This document shows positions 45,438-53,020 of a stretch of 64,000 nt of DNA, in pieces. The stretch is from the IMG/VR virus record IMGVR_UViG_3300021387_000141, positions 1 to 64,000 of that record; one strand, 5' to 3'. Position 1 is the first letter of the stretch, and each line of letters starts with the position of its first letter. This stretch comes from a virus. Taxonomy: Duplodnaviria; Caudoviricetes. Made by a program: the position numbers and the translations under genes. Below the pieces are notes generated by a model. That model had not been told where the DNA came from and made no database searches. It saw only the letters and a list, made by a program, of their open reading frames with translations.

Positions 45438-45599
45438 ATGTCTAAAACTTTGAAAACTGTATTGTTCGGCATTTTTGGCCTGGTCGTTGTCGGTGTGTTG
45501 GGTTATGGGATCTACAGCTACGCCACCCATACCGGATATTTTGCTCCGGCAGAAACGGAAGTAACGGAAACGGTCGAAGAAGTAGAAATCAGCGAATAA
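45438..45599 (+). CDS. 53-aa membrane protein with acidic tail (not in ORF track)
   Basis: RBS aaaggag; MSKTLKTVLFGIFGLVVVGVLGYGIYSY...ETEVTETVEEVEISE. Confidence 0.7.
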   Translation: MSKTLKTVLFGIFGLVVVGVLGYGIYSYATHTGYFAPAETEVTETVEEVEISE

Positions 45600-45602
45600 A
45601 GA

Positions 45603-45628
45603 TCGCGATATGCGCATGGCCTCTAATG
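45603..45628 (+). promoter_or_regulatory. Phage promoter-like motif
   Basis: tcgc gatatgc gca tggcct ctaatg. Confidence 0.75.
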
Positions 45629-45670
45629 AGGAGAGATAAACTATATTACAACTCTCCTCTGGAGGAAAAA

Positions 45671-46066
45671 ATGACATCAATGTATAAAGTAGTTGTATCC
45701 ACTATTGGATACAATCCAAATAATGAATGCCCAGAAAATCTCTGGGTAAATGTGAGCGATCCTAAACGGATCGTATCAAATAAAGCGCTTGGGCGTTTAA
45801 ATGCCCAAGTGATAAAATTGAACAATGAAGTCGAAAGACTTCAATCTACTAATGGGTATTATGTACCCAGAAGAGACTACTTTTTCTACGTCGAAAAAGA
45901 CGTAGAACATATAGGTAGGATTCAAATCCGCTATGAAGATAATGGCGGATACACTTACGAACCAGAGTACGAGTTGGTTATTACTGCCAACTCGGCTAGA
46001 CAGGCCCGAAGATGGGCCTTGAAGTGGACATTATTTAAAGTCCATAAATGGGAGATAGAGGATTAA
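45671..46066 (+). CDS. Hypothetical protein (cassette ORF)
   Basis: RBS ggagg; leader nearly identical to that of 11819. Confidence 0.72.
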   Translation: MTSMYKVVVSTIGYNPNNECPENLWVNVSDPKRIVSNKALGRLNAQVIKLNNEVERLQSTNGYYVPRRDYFFYVEKDVEHIGRIQIRYEDNGGYTYEPEYELVITANSARQARRWALKWTLFKVHKWEIED

Positions 46067-46095
46067 TTTCCTCACTCCCTATTTTTTTTTCAACT

Positions 46096-46222
46096 TCACC
46101 TCTCATTAAAAGCACATACAGCAAGTCGTTATTTTGGAAGAGATGGCCGGGGAACTCCCGGCGATGCTTTGTCCGGAGAGGTGAGCATTGAGGAGCATGA
46201 AACATTGCTCCTCTTTTTTTTC
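46096..46222 (+). ncRNA. Candidate structured intergenic RNA/leader
   Basis: tcacctctc/gagaggtga (46096-46104/46176-46184), aaagca/tgcttt, gccggg-gaact-cccggc, then gaggagca..tgctcctc plus T run. Confidence 0.35.
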
Positions 46223-46240
46223 TTAGTGAAAGGAAACAAA

Positions 46241-46720
46241 GTGGAATATTCTAAAAAAGAGATCACAGCAAAAGATAAGATCAAAAAATTAATGGACTAT
46301 GTACAAGCTGCGCAGGAGTTTACAAACCAATTGATCAATTATTTAAAGGGGATCGACTGCATGACTCACAACAGCGAAGGCGTTTACGCGGATGAGATTG
46401 AAGAAAGCGAACTGCACGGTTTTGACTGGGATGACGGTCACGCTTATTTAGCTACGGATTTTACCATTGATGAACTTCCGGAAGCTTTAGCCTCTATCAG
46501 CAATGACATGGATGAAAAAATACGGGATCTTGAAGAAAAAGATCGAATGAATGACGCATATCGAAAGATCTATACTTATTTTAAAAATGATCCGTCCTTA
46601 TGTTTCAGTTCTGTTTCAGAAACAAAACTGAAGGAATTTTATCATGTCTGCCTGAACATTGCCGAAATGTCGGAAAGCAAATTCATTGAAAATGTTTTTG
46701 AAGCGCAGAAAGGAAAATAA
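46241..46720 (+). CDS. Hypothetical acidic protein (GTG start)
   Basis: RBS gaaagga 6 nt upstream. Confidence 0.65.
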   Translation: MEYSKKEITAKDKIKKLMDYVQAAQEFTNQLINYLKGIDCMTHNSEGVYADEIEESELHGFDWDDGHAYLATDFTIDELPEALASISNDMDEKIRDLEEKDRMNDAYRKIYTYFKNDPSLCFSSVSETKLKEFYHVCLNIAEMSESKFIENVFEAQKGK

Positions 46721-46722
46721 GT

Positions 46723-47154
46723 ATGTCCATGTTTTTTGTAGTGCAGTGCAACGGCAAATTCGATAAAAAAGATCACCTCTGGGATGACGGCATTACTTTA
46801 TTCCAGGAACCTGATCATATGACCAAAAGAGAGGTCCTTGAATTCATTGATATTCTCAAAGCAGACATGCCGAACCTGGATAAGTCAACCTGCCCGGACG
46901 TGCAGGAGCTGCAGTGCCGGGAACCGGACACCGGGATGCGTCTGGTGATTTTACTGGTGAAAGCCAAGGGCTATCAGCAGGCGGCGGAAAAAGCGCGGAA
47001 ATTCTGTGATATTTGGTATAAGCCGAAAAAGACCCCGCGTAAAAAGCAGTTCACGGCCAAAGAACTGCTCAATGCTATTCCGAAAGGGATCCGGCAGGCT
47101 TCGCAAGGGCAATATGATTTTCCCTATTATTCCAAACGCCTGAACTGGAGATGA
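46723..47154 (+). CDS. Hypothetical protein
   Basis: Intact ORF in operon. Confidence 0.7.
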   Translation: MSMFFVVQCNGKFDKKDHLWDDGITLFQEPDHMTKREVLEFIDILKADMPNLDKSTCPDVQELQCREPDTGMRLVILLVKAKGYQQAAEKARKFCDIWYKPKKTPRKKQFTAKELLNAIPKGIRQASQGQYDFPYYSKRLNWR

Positions 47155-47155
47155 A

Positions 47156-47623
47156 ATGAACCTTGATAAACTGAATGAATTATTTCCGATAAACGATGAG
47201 ACGGTCAATATTGACTGGACTCACAAATCAACTTCGACCGCTCCCGAGGGTTATTCCAAAACAAATGGTAATGTCTATTCTCCGTCTGATAAATGGACAG
47301 CTGAACCGATTTCGGAAAAAAACTTTGAAATCTGTCATCCGGTCCAGGTTATGTCCGGAGAACAAAATACTGAAGTATTGAATAATCCGCTGACCTGGGA
47401 AGAGATCCAGAATTATGTCGGCTGTCCGGTTTGGACGGTGCCGGATAACAGTAAAGAATTACCGGCATGGAGTTTACTTGTCAGAACGCAGAACATTTTT
47501 GATGCCGGCAGCTGGGATACAAAGAAAACGGTCGTGATCACTTCGATAATTTCGTTCGATCGGGTCGTTGATTTTTGCAAGTATCGGTTTTACAAAGAAC
47601 CACAGCCGGTCGATAAAAGGTGA
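47156..47623 (+). CDS. Hypothetical protein, partial paralog of 35391..35639
   Basis: NPLTWEEIQNYVGCPVW. Confidence 0.7.
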   Translation: MNLDKLNELFPINDETVNIDWTHKSTSTAPEGYSKTNGNVYSPSDKWTAEPISEKNFEICHPVQVMSGEQNTEVLNNPLTWEEIQNYVGCPVWTVPDNSKELPAWSLLVRTQNIFDAGSWDTKKTVVITSIISFDRVVDFCKYRFYKEPQPVDKR

Positions 47624-48192
47624 TCAACATGAATGAAGAGATAAATTGGAATGTTCCGTACGCGTCATTTTTTAATGCCGGTGAATGGAACGCGACGATC
47701 GAAATAGACGAACTCAATGAAAATGCAATAAAGGATATTTTTGATATGAACAATAATGATGTGAAATCTTACACTTTTAAATTGGTTTACCCATGGTGTA
47801 AACAGGATGAAGAAAAAACGACTGAACCCCTTGGGAAAGTCAAACTTGAAAATGCGAATCAGGCGATGCTCCGATTTTTACAGAGCAACGGCTTTGTGAT
47901 CTACAAAGATATTTACGACGCTTTCGGCATGAAGTACAAAAAAGCAGACCCGGAAGTCTTTCGTTTTTACTGCGGGGATTACAAAGCTTACCAGCTTTAT
48001 CTTCGGAAACTGATCGCCGTCGGGAAAGAACGTGTGACCGGCGCGGAAGCGAATGCTGACGGCCTGCACCGGGACGCTGAACGTTATCTTAACCTTGAGC
48101 AGCGCGAACGGGAAAAAGCGAAACGATGGAACGAAGACGCGAACCGGCTGCAGGATTTTCTGGATTTTACTTATGAAAAGGAAGAGGATTAA
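47620..48192 (+). CDS. Hypothetical protein, F/LYCGD motif family member 1
   Basis: FRFYCGDYKAYQLY; also FVIYKDIYDAFG segment. Confidence 0.7.
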   Translation: MINMNEEINWNVPYASFFNAGEWNATIEIDELNENAIKDIFDMNNNDVKSYTFKLVYPWCKQDEEKTTEPLGKVKLENANQAMLRFLQSNGFVIYKDIYDAFGMKYKKADPEVFRFYCGDYKAYQLYLRKLIAVGKERVTGAEANADGLHRDAERYLNLEQREREKAKRWNEDANRLQDFLDFTYEKEED

Positions 48193-48563
48193 TGATAGAA
48201 AAAGATATTTACATCAAGCTGACGCTTCAGATCGAAGATGAATCAAAAGATGAGCAAAATCTGCGCGAAGCATTTTCCGAACTGATCAAACGCCGGAAGC
48301 GCTGCGGATTTTTGATCGCCCATGACCTGGATGCTCTGTTGGATCTGGAATCGGAGAATCCTTATATTCTCTACTGCGGTGATAAGAAGCTTTACCGCGA
48401 ATGGATCGATTTACAAATTAAACTTTGTTCAATACGAAAATCATATTTTAGGGATTATTATAAACAATACCCATGGCTTTTGGAAAACACGATAAAAGAA
48501 ATTTCCGATGAAGAAACACAGATGAGAATGGCTTTAAAAGAACTGGATAAGGACGAAGAATGA
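48192..48563 (+). CDS. Hypothetical protein, F/LYCGD motif family member 2
   Basis: ENPYILYCGDKKLYREW. Confidence 0.7.
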   Translation: MIEKDIYIKLTLQIEDESKDEQNLREAFSELIKRRKRCGFLIAHDLDALLDLESENPYILYCGDKKLYREWIDLQIKLCSIRKSYFRDYYKQYPWLLENTIKEISDEETQMRMALKELDKDEE

Positions 48564-48955
48564 TCGAAAAAACTTTTACCTTTGATAACAATACCATGCC
48601 GATGGTAAACATCAAGATCGATTTTGACATTGTGGGCTATGATCCTGCCGATGACAAACTTTGTGAAGGTTTTTCAAAATTGATGCAGCTCCGCAATAAC
48701 AGAAAGTTTTTGATCATGAAGGATCTGAAAGACTGTCTTAATCTGAAATCTATTGAAAATCCTTATATTTTCTACTGCGGTGATAAAAAAATTTATCGCC
48801 AATGGGCCGATAATGAACTGCAGATGCTTTTAGTTGAACTTAGAATGAATGGTGTTAATCATTGGAATTCCTGTTTTAAAGATTATGAAATGAGAAAAAA
48901 ACTCGATCTTATTCGATCAGCTATAATAGCTGATGAATTGGACAAGGAGAACTGA
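48560..48955 (+). CDS. Hypothetical protein, F/LYCGD motif family member 3
   Basis: ENPYIFYCGDKKIYRQW. Confidence 0.7.
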   Translation: MIEKTFTFDNNTMPMVNIKIDFDIVGYDPADDKLCEGFSKLMQLRNNRKFLIMKDLKDCLNLKSIENPYIFYCGDKKIYRQWADNELQMLLVELRMNGVNHWNSCFKDYEMRKKLDLIRSAIIADELDKEN

Positions 48956-49494
48956 TGAAAAAAGCATATATTGTTCTGCTGTTTATCATTTTTGTGATGC
49001 TCCTGACCGGATGTGATAGCTTTTACACGCCCAGTGAAAAGGAAGTCAAAAGTCAGATGAATATTGCGGACCGCATGGTCGAAGCTCAGCCAATCCCTCA
49101 GGATATCGAATACTCGCTGGAACGCTATAACCTGATCCGGCGGGCTTATTGGGTGAACGGACAGCGGGAGAAGGCTAACTCCTTCCCCTGTATCGTTTCC
49201 AAACCGCTGGGTTATATTCTGCTCTTCACCGAATCCGGTTCCATCGTCGGGAATTTCATCGTTGACGGAAAAGTATCTTCCCTGAATGCATATTTAACAC
49301 CGGACAGTGAATACTATTCCACCACCAGCAGTTTTAATGCCTGGCTGGCAGATGTGGATGGAAGCTACGGCCAAAACGACTCCGGCATTTTCTTCTTCAC
49401 GCCGGACGGTAAATACATCGAATGGACCGGGATCTATTTATATTCCGATATCCCGTTCGAAGTCGAAACGACTTTGTTGACCATAGGAAAGTGA
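48955..49494 (+). CDS. Phage lipoprotein
   Basis: Signal peptide with lipobox LLTGC. Confidence 0.75.
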   Translation: MKKAYIVLLFIIFVMLLTGCDSFYTPSEKEVKSQMNIADRMVEAQPIPQDIEYSLERYNLIRRAYWVNGQREKANSFPCIVSKPLGYILLFTESGSIVGNFIVDGKVSSLNAYLTPDSEYYSTTSSFNAWLADVDGSYGQNDSGIFFFTPDGKYIEWTGIYLYSDIPFEVETTLLTIGK

Positions 49495-49495
49495 T

Positions 49496-49888
49496 ATGAA
49501 TAAATTCTTGTATACTTTACTGCTCGTTATTCTGGTGCTTGCCCTCGCGGCAGGCTTTTATTTTACCTGTTTCCCTCAGGGACGTGCTATGTGGAACACC
49601 TACCAAAACTCTCTTCATAAAATCGACGACCGGACCACGTATGAACAGCGCAAGCTGGTCGAAGACACCTGCCGTTCGATGATCGCATCCTGGAATGCGG
49701 ATATTCTGATCTATAAACAATATCGTAAGTCCGACTCGCCCGAAAAGCAGAGTTGGGCGGAAGAAGCCCTGATGCGTGCCAACAAAACGGCCGTGACTTA
49801 CAACGAGTATATTCTCAAGAACAGCTATGTCTTCCAGGGCAACATCCCTTCTGATATTTATGCTGTCATCACTCCGATCACGGATTAA
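49496..49888 (+). CDS. Membrane-anchored protein paired with the lipoprotein
   Basis: N-terminal LLLVILVLALAAGFYF; periplasmic/extracellular helical domain. Confidence 0.7.
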   Translation: MNKFLYTLLLVILVLALAAGFYFTCFPQGRAMWNTYQNSLHKIDDRTTYEQRKLVEDTCRSMIASWNADILIYKQYRKSDSPEKQSWAEEALMRANKTAVTYNEYILKNSYVFQGNIPSDIYAVITPITD

Positions 49889-49897
49889 GGAGAAACA

Positions 49898-50272
49898 ATG
49901 AAAGCGACTGACTTGCAAGGTATTGAACTGTCTTATAACGAAAACGGTGAGATCGAATTTCTGGTGTCCTATGGTTACGGCGCCGGTTGGCTGACCTGGA
50001 ACGGTTATGATTACCGCCTGATATTTGACAAGCGTATCATCGATTATCTGCGTGAGCATCAGGGCAATATTAATCGAATAAATGATGATGAAGTCAAAGC
50101 ATTTTTCAAGCAGCTCGGCTACTATGACGATGACCACTATTTATATTTCGGCGGCTTTTGGAAATGTCAAATCGAATCTCTTCCGAAAGGAACCATATTT
50201 CGGCTTGACGAGTATGATGGATCGGAAAGCGTTGAAATTTATGATCCCGATTATTCTTTTATGGAAGTTTAA
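49898..50272 (+). CDS. Conserved-type phage hypothetical protein
   Basis: SYGYGAGWLTWN...LPKGTIFRLDEYDGSE; RBS aaggag. Confidence 0.75.
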   Translation: MKATDLQGIELSYNENGEIEFLVSYGYGAGWLTWNGYDYRLIFDKRIIDYLREHQGNINRINDDEVKAFFKQLGYYDDDHYLYFGGFWKCQIESLPKGTIFRLDEYDGSESVEIYDPDYSFMEV

Positions 50273-50290
50273 TATGAATAAGGAAGGTAC

Positions 50291-50770
50291 ATGGAATACA
50301 CACTGCAGAATTGTATTTTAAACGCAAGCAGACTGAAACGCCGTGAACATGTTCTCAGCGTCCTGACGGACAATGATATTCTGAACTTCACCGACCTTGT
50401 GAACCGGCCGCTCCCGACCAAAGGCCTCTGGAAATCGGAGTTCGCATATTTGCGGGATCTTCGGCAGAAAGAAGCCGCGCTTCAATCCATGTTCCACCAC
50501 AGCGAGATCGAATTGAAACGGACGCTGGATGGATATTTTACCAAACATGAGGCCAGCCGGGTATTCCACGTTTTGACGGCAAATAAAATCTCGTCGGTAC
50601 GCTTACTGGCCAGTGCCAGCATCAGCAGACTCCGGGATATTTACGGCATCGGCCCCAAGTCGATTGATATTTTGATGAAACTCAAAACCGATCTCTGGAA
50701 TCGGGCGGAAGAAGACGCAAAGTATAAAGCGCAGTACACGCAAACTGCCGTGTCTTTGACCGCCTTCTGA
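50291..50770 (+). CDS. Protein with tandem RNAP alpha-CTD-like domains
   Basis: RVFHVLTANKISSVRLLASASISRLRDIYGIGPKSIDIL and a more degenerate N-terminal copy. Confidence 0.65.
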   Translation: MEYTLQNCILNASRLKRREHVLSVLTDNDILNFTDLVNRPLPTKGLWKSEFAYLRDLRQKEAALQSMFHHSEIELKRTLDGYFTKHEASRVFHVLTANKISSVRLLASASISRLRDIYGIGPKSIDILMKLKTDLWNRAEEDAKYKAQYTQTAVSLTAF

Positions 50771-50852
50771 GCTTCATACTCACTGATATTTCAAACCAAG
50801 GCCCGTGAGATTTGCACGGGCTTTTATTTTTTAAAGGAGAACAACAAATACT

Positions 50853-51035
50853 ATGCCGGGAGATCCCTATCGCAAAGAACAACTGGTATTAAAAATTTAC
50901 AAGTATCTGGATGAAGGATATTTGGTCAGCGAGATCGCTGAAATTCTGGACATGCCGGAAGAAAAGATCTGGCAGATCATTGAGTCCGTTGAAAAGGAAG
51001 ACGAACCGAAAGGTTATGAATATTATCGAAGGTAA
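50853..51035 (+). CDS. Small HTH protein
   Basis: EGYLVSEIAEILDMPEEKIWQII. Confidence 0.7.
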   Translation: MPGDPYRKEQLVLKIYKYLDEGYLVSEIAEILDMPEEKIWQIIESVEKEDEPKGYEYYRR

Positions 51036-51038
51036 GCC

Positions 51039-51308
51039 ATGAACACATGCTACTGGAACTGCCTCAGCTGGAACAAGCTCACTTCTCCTGAAATGATCGA
51101 CAAAGATATTCTGATCATTTACCGCGGACCGGACTTTGATGATATTCATCTGGCCCCGCAGAAAGTCGTTCAGATCATCGGGACCGATCATGTGGAGAAC
51201 GAGCGGGTCCTCATTGTTTATGATCACGATGAGGATGATATTTTTCTGATCACCCGGGAGGGCAAAGGCCGTCTCTGGGAGACCTATCAGATCATGGAAG
51301 GGTTTTGA
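51039..51308 (+). CDS. Hypothetical protein
   Basis: Intact ORF in operon. Confidence 0.65.
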   Translation: MNTCYWNCLSWNKLTSPEMIDKDILIIYRGPDFDDIHLAPQKVVQIIGTDHVENERVLIVYDHDEDDIFLITREGKGRLWETYQIMEGF

Positions 51309-51311
51309 TTT

Positions 51312-51512
51312 ATGACACAGCCGATCAGTAATGTTATTTCCGGTGTGAAATGCTGCATCAGTGATTGCGGGACCGCTTCCCACTGCAAGAGTTGTCCGTA
51401 CGACTCTTTAGATCCCGAAAAGGAATCCTGCGAGGATGCGCTGGCCCGTGACATTTTAGTATATTTAACAAACTATGAAGAACTTTTAGAAAAAGTTCCT
51501 TGTACGGAGTAA
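51312..51512 (+). CDS. Cys-rich small protein
   Basis: CC..C...C..CPY..C...L; paralog of the next gene. Confidence 0.65.
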   Translation: MTQPISNVISGVKCCISDCGTASHCKSCPYDSLDPEKESCEDALARDILVYLTNYEELLEKVPCTE

Positions 51513-51514
51513 GA

Positions 51515-51796
51515 ATGGCAATCAGAAAAGATCTTGATCAAGTGATCGAAGGATTTTTACAATGTGAATATCGAGACTGCACCTGTACCGCCTGTCCTTA
51601 TAACGAATCAGACGATTGTACGGCCGAACTGCGGGATGATATTTGGTATTACCTGCATCAGTTATATTTGCAGGAACAACCGACGACGATCGAACAGCCG
51701 CCGCTTCCGGGTCTGGAAGCAGAACCCGAGACGTTTGAAGACAAGCTGGAACGGATCGCGGATATTTTGAAAGAGAAACAACATGAACGAAGATGA
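51515..51796 (+). CDS. Cys-rich small protein, paralog of 51312..51512
   Basis: C...C.C.ACPYN...C..EL..DI..YL. Confidence 0.65.
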   Translation: MAIRKDLDQVIEGFLQCEYRDCTCTACPYNESDDCTAELRDDIWYYLHQLYLQEQPTTIEQPPLPGLEAEPETFEDKLERIADILKEKQHERR

Positions 51797-51962
51797 TGAA
51801 CTGGATCCGCTGGTCCGACAATATTTTGATGCACTTCGGAAGATTGGTGCGCTGTTCATAGAAGCCGCCGATAATTTTCAGAATGACTGTCCTGAACCTG
51901 ACGATGTTGTCGAAGTTTATGAAGTGAAACGGGAGCTTCCGGAGGGTAAAAAAGAATCGTAA
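51783..51962 (+). CDS. 59-aa acidic protein (not in ORF track)
   Basis: MNEDDELDPLVRQYFDALRKIGALFIEAADNFQNDCPEPDDVVEVYEVKRELPEGKKES. Confidence 0.55.
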   Translation: MNEDDELDPLVRQYFDALRKIGALFIEAADNFQNDCPEPDDVVEVYEVKRELPEGKKES

Positions 51963-51974
51963 GGACGCGATTTT

Positions 51975-52260
51975 CTGTGCCCACTTTTGTGGCCAGAAAG
52001 AAGCCAATGCCCACTTTTTTTGAAAACTTGATGATTTTCAGCCTTGGCCAAAATGCAAAATGGCCAGAAAAAGTGGGCACGTGGCCAGTTTTTTTTAAAA
52101 AGTGGGCACGGATTTTTTAGCAATTTCCCGAGTAAAATCGGGCAAAAAAGGGCTTTCTGCCCACTTGCCCACTTTTTTTTCTTATTTAATGCGCAAAGTA
52201 AAAAAATTAAAATATATAATAAATAGAGAAAAAAACTGGCCATCTGGCCACAGCCCATTT
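51975..52260. repeat. Putative replication origin with interspersed repeats
   Basis: Six TGCCCACTT/AAGTGGGCA copies in both orientations and six TGGCCA palindromes, A/T tracts and an AT-rich segment (about 52199-52226) in non-coding DNA. Confidence 0.65.
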
Positions 52261-52332
52261 TTTTACTGATAAAAGGCCCCTCCTTCTGATTTTTCATGCT
52301 ATACTTTGAAAACAGAAAGGAGGTCGAATTCA

Positions 52333-52629
52333 TTGCCCGGTTATTTTTACGATCCTGATTACGGAGCCCGTTTTATGGATCAGTTGGAAGAAGTGTATGA
52401 TCACCACGGAAACTGTATTTTAACAGAATGCTGCGGCGTCTATTGGATGTGGGATCCGTATCATGAAAACTATATTTGTCCGAAGTGCGGAAGAACGGTG
52501 TCACGCAGCTCATTTTTGAAAAACTACGTTCCGGCATACGGCCCGGAATGTTTCAGCTGTCGGACCAACTTTCCGCAGTGTGTTATTTGTCATAAGAACC
52601 ATCAGAAAGAGTTAGATGATAGGGAATAG
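52333..52629 (+). CDS. Zinc-finger protein (TTG start)
   Basis: RBS gaaaggagg; ECCG, CPKCG, CFSC..FPQCVIC. Confidence 0.7.
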   Translation: MPGYFYDPDYGARFMDQLEEVYDHHGNCILTECCGVYWMWDPYHENYICPKCGRTVSRSSFLKNYVPAYGPECFSCRTNFPQCVICHKNHQKELDDRE

Positions 52630-52722
52630 GTCATAGGGACTGGGGAATAGTTTTAATAAGATGACAGCGAAGCTGTCTTCCTATTTTTAACTAGCCCCTA
52701 ATCCCTAACCCCTAAAAAGCTC

Positions 52723-52748
52723 TCGCGAAATTTACATCCCCTCTTATA
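52723..52748 (+). promoter_or_regulatory. Phage promoter-like motif upstream of the nuclease/RNAP operon
   Basis: tcgc gaaattt aca tcccct cttata. Confidence 0.65.
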
Positions 52749-52830
52749 GAGAGAAGTAGATATTACATCGACTTTTCGGTTTTGTCTTACAAGACTTTTT
52801 GAGACCATGAACACATGGCCTCTTCTTTTT

Positions 52831-52997
52831 TAAGAACAGCGTTTGTCCGCTTTCCACTTTTCAGCCCACTTCCAATGTTTGGCTTAATCGTGCTAACGAC
52901 CTTTTTCATTTTTACTCCTTTCAAATAGATGAATCCTTCTAAATAATCAACATTTTCCGCTCCGGACGTAAGTGGAAGGCGGATGAGCGCTGTTCTT
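52831..52997 (+). ncRNA. Long stem-loop RNA 1 (28-bp helix, loop antisense to phage RBS/start regions)
   Basis: 52831-52858 pairs with 52970-52997 at all 28 positions (4 G.U). Confidence 0.7.
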
Positions 52998-53020
52998 ATT
53001 TTTTAACAGGAGGAGCTATA

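Noticed and set aside
10973-45628. CRISPR array or integron cassette array
   Set aside because: Repeats are degenerate, irregularly spaced and separated by whole genes; no attC-like sites or cas operon; the integrase looks like a standard phage type.
41623-51968. Shared 12-mer TCGTAAGGACGC at 41623 and 51957
   Set aside because: Many 12-mer matches are expected by chance in 64 kb, and one copy spans a coding stop.
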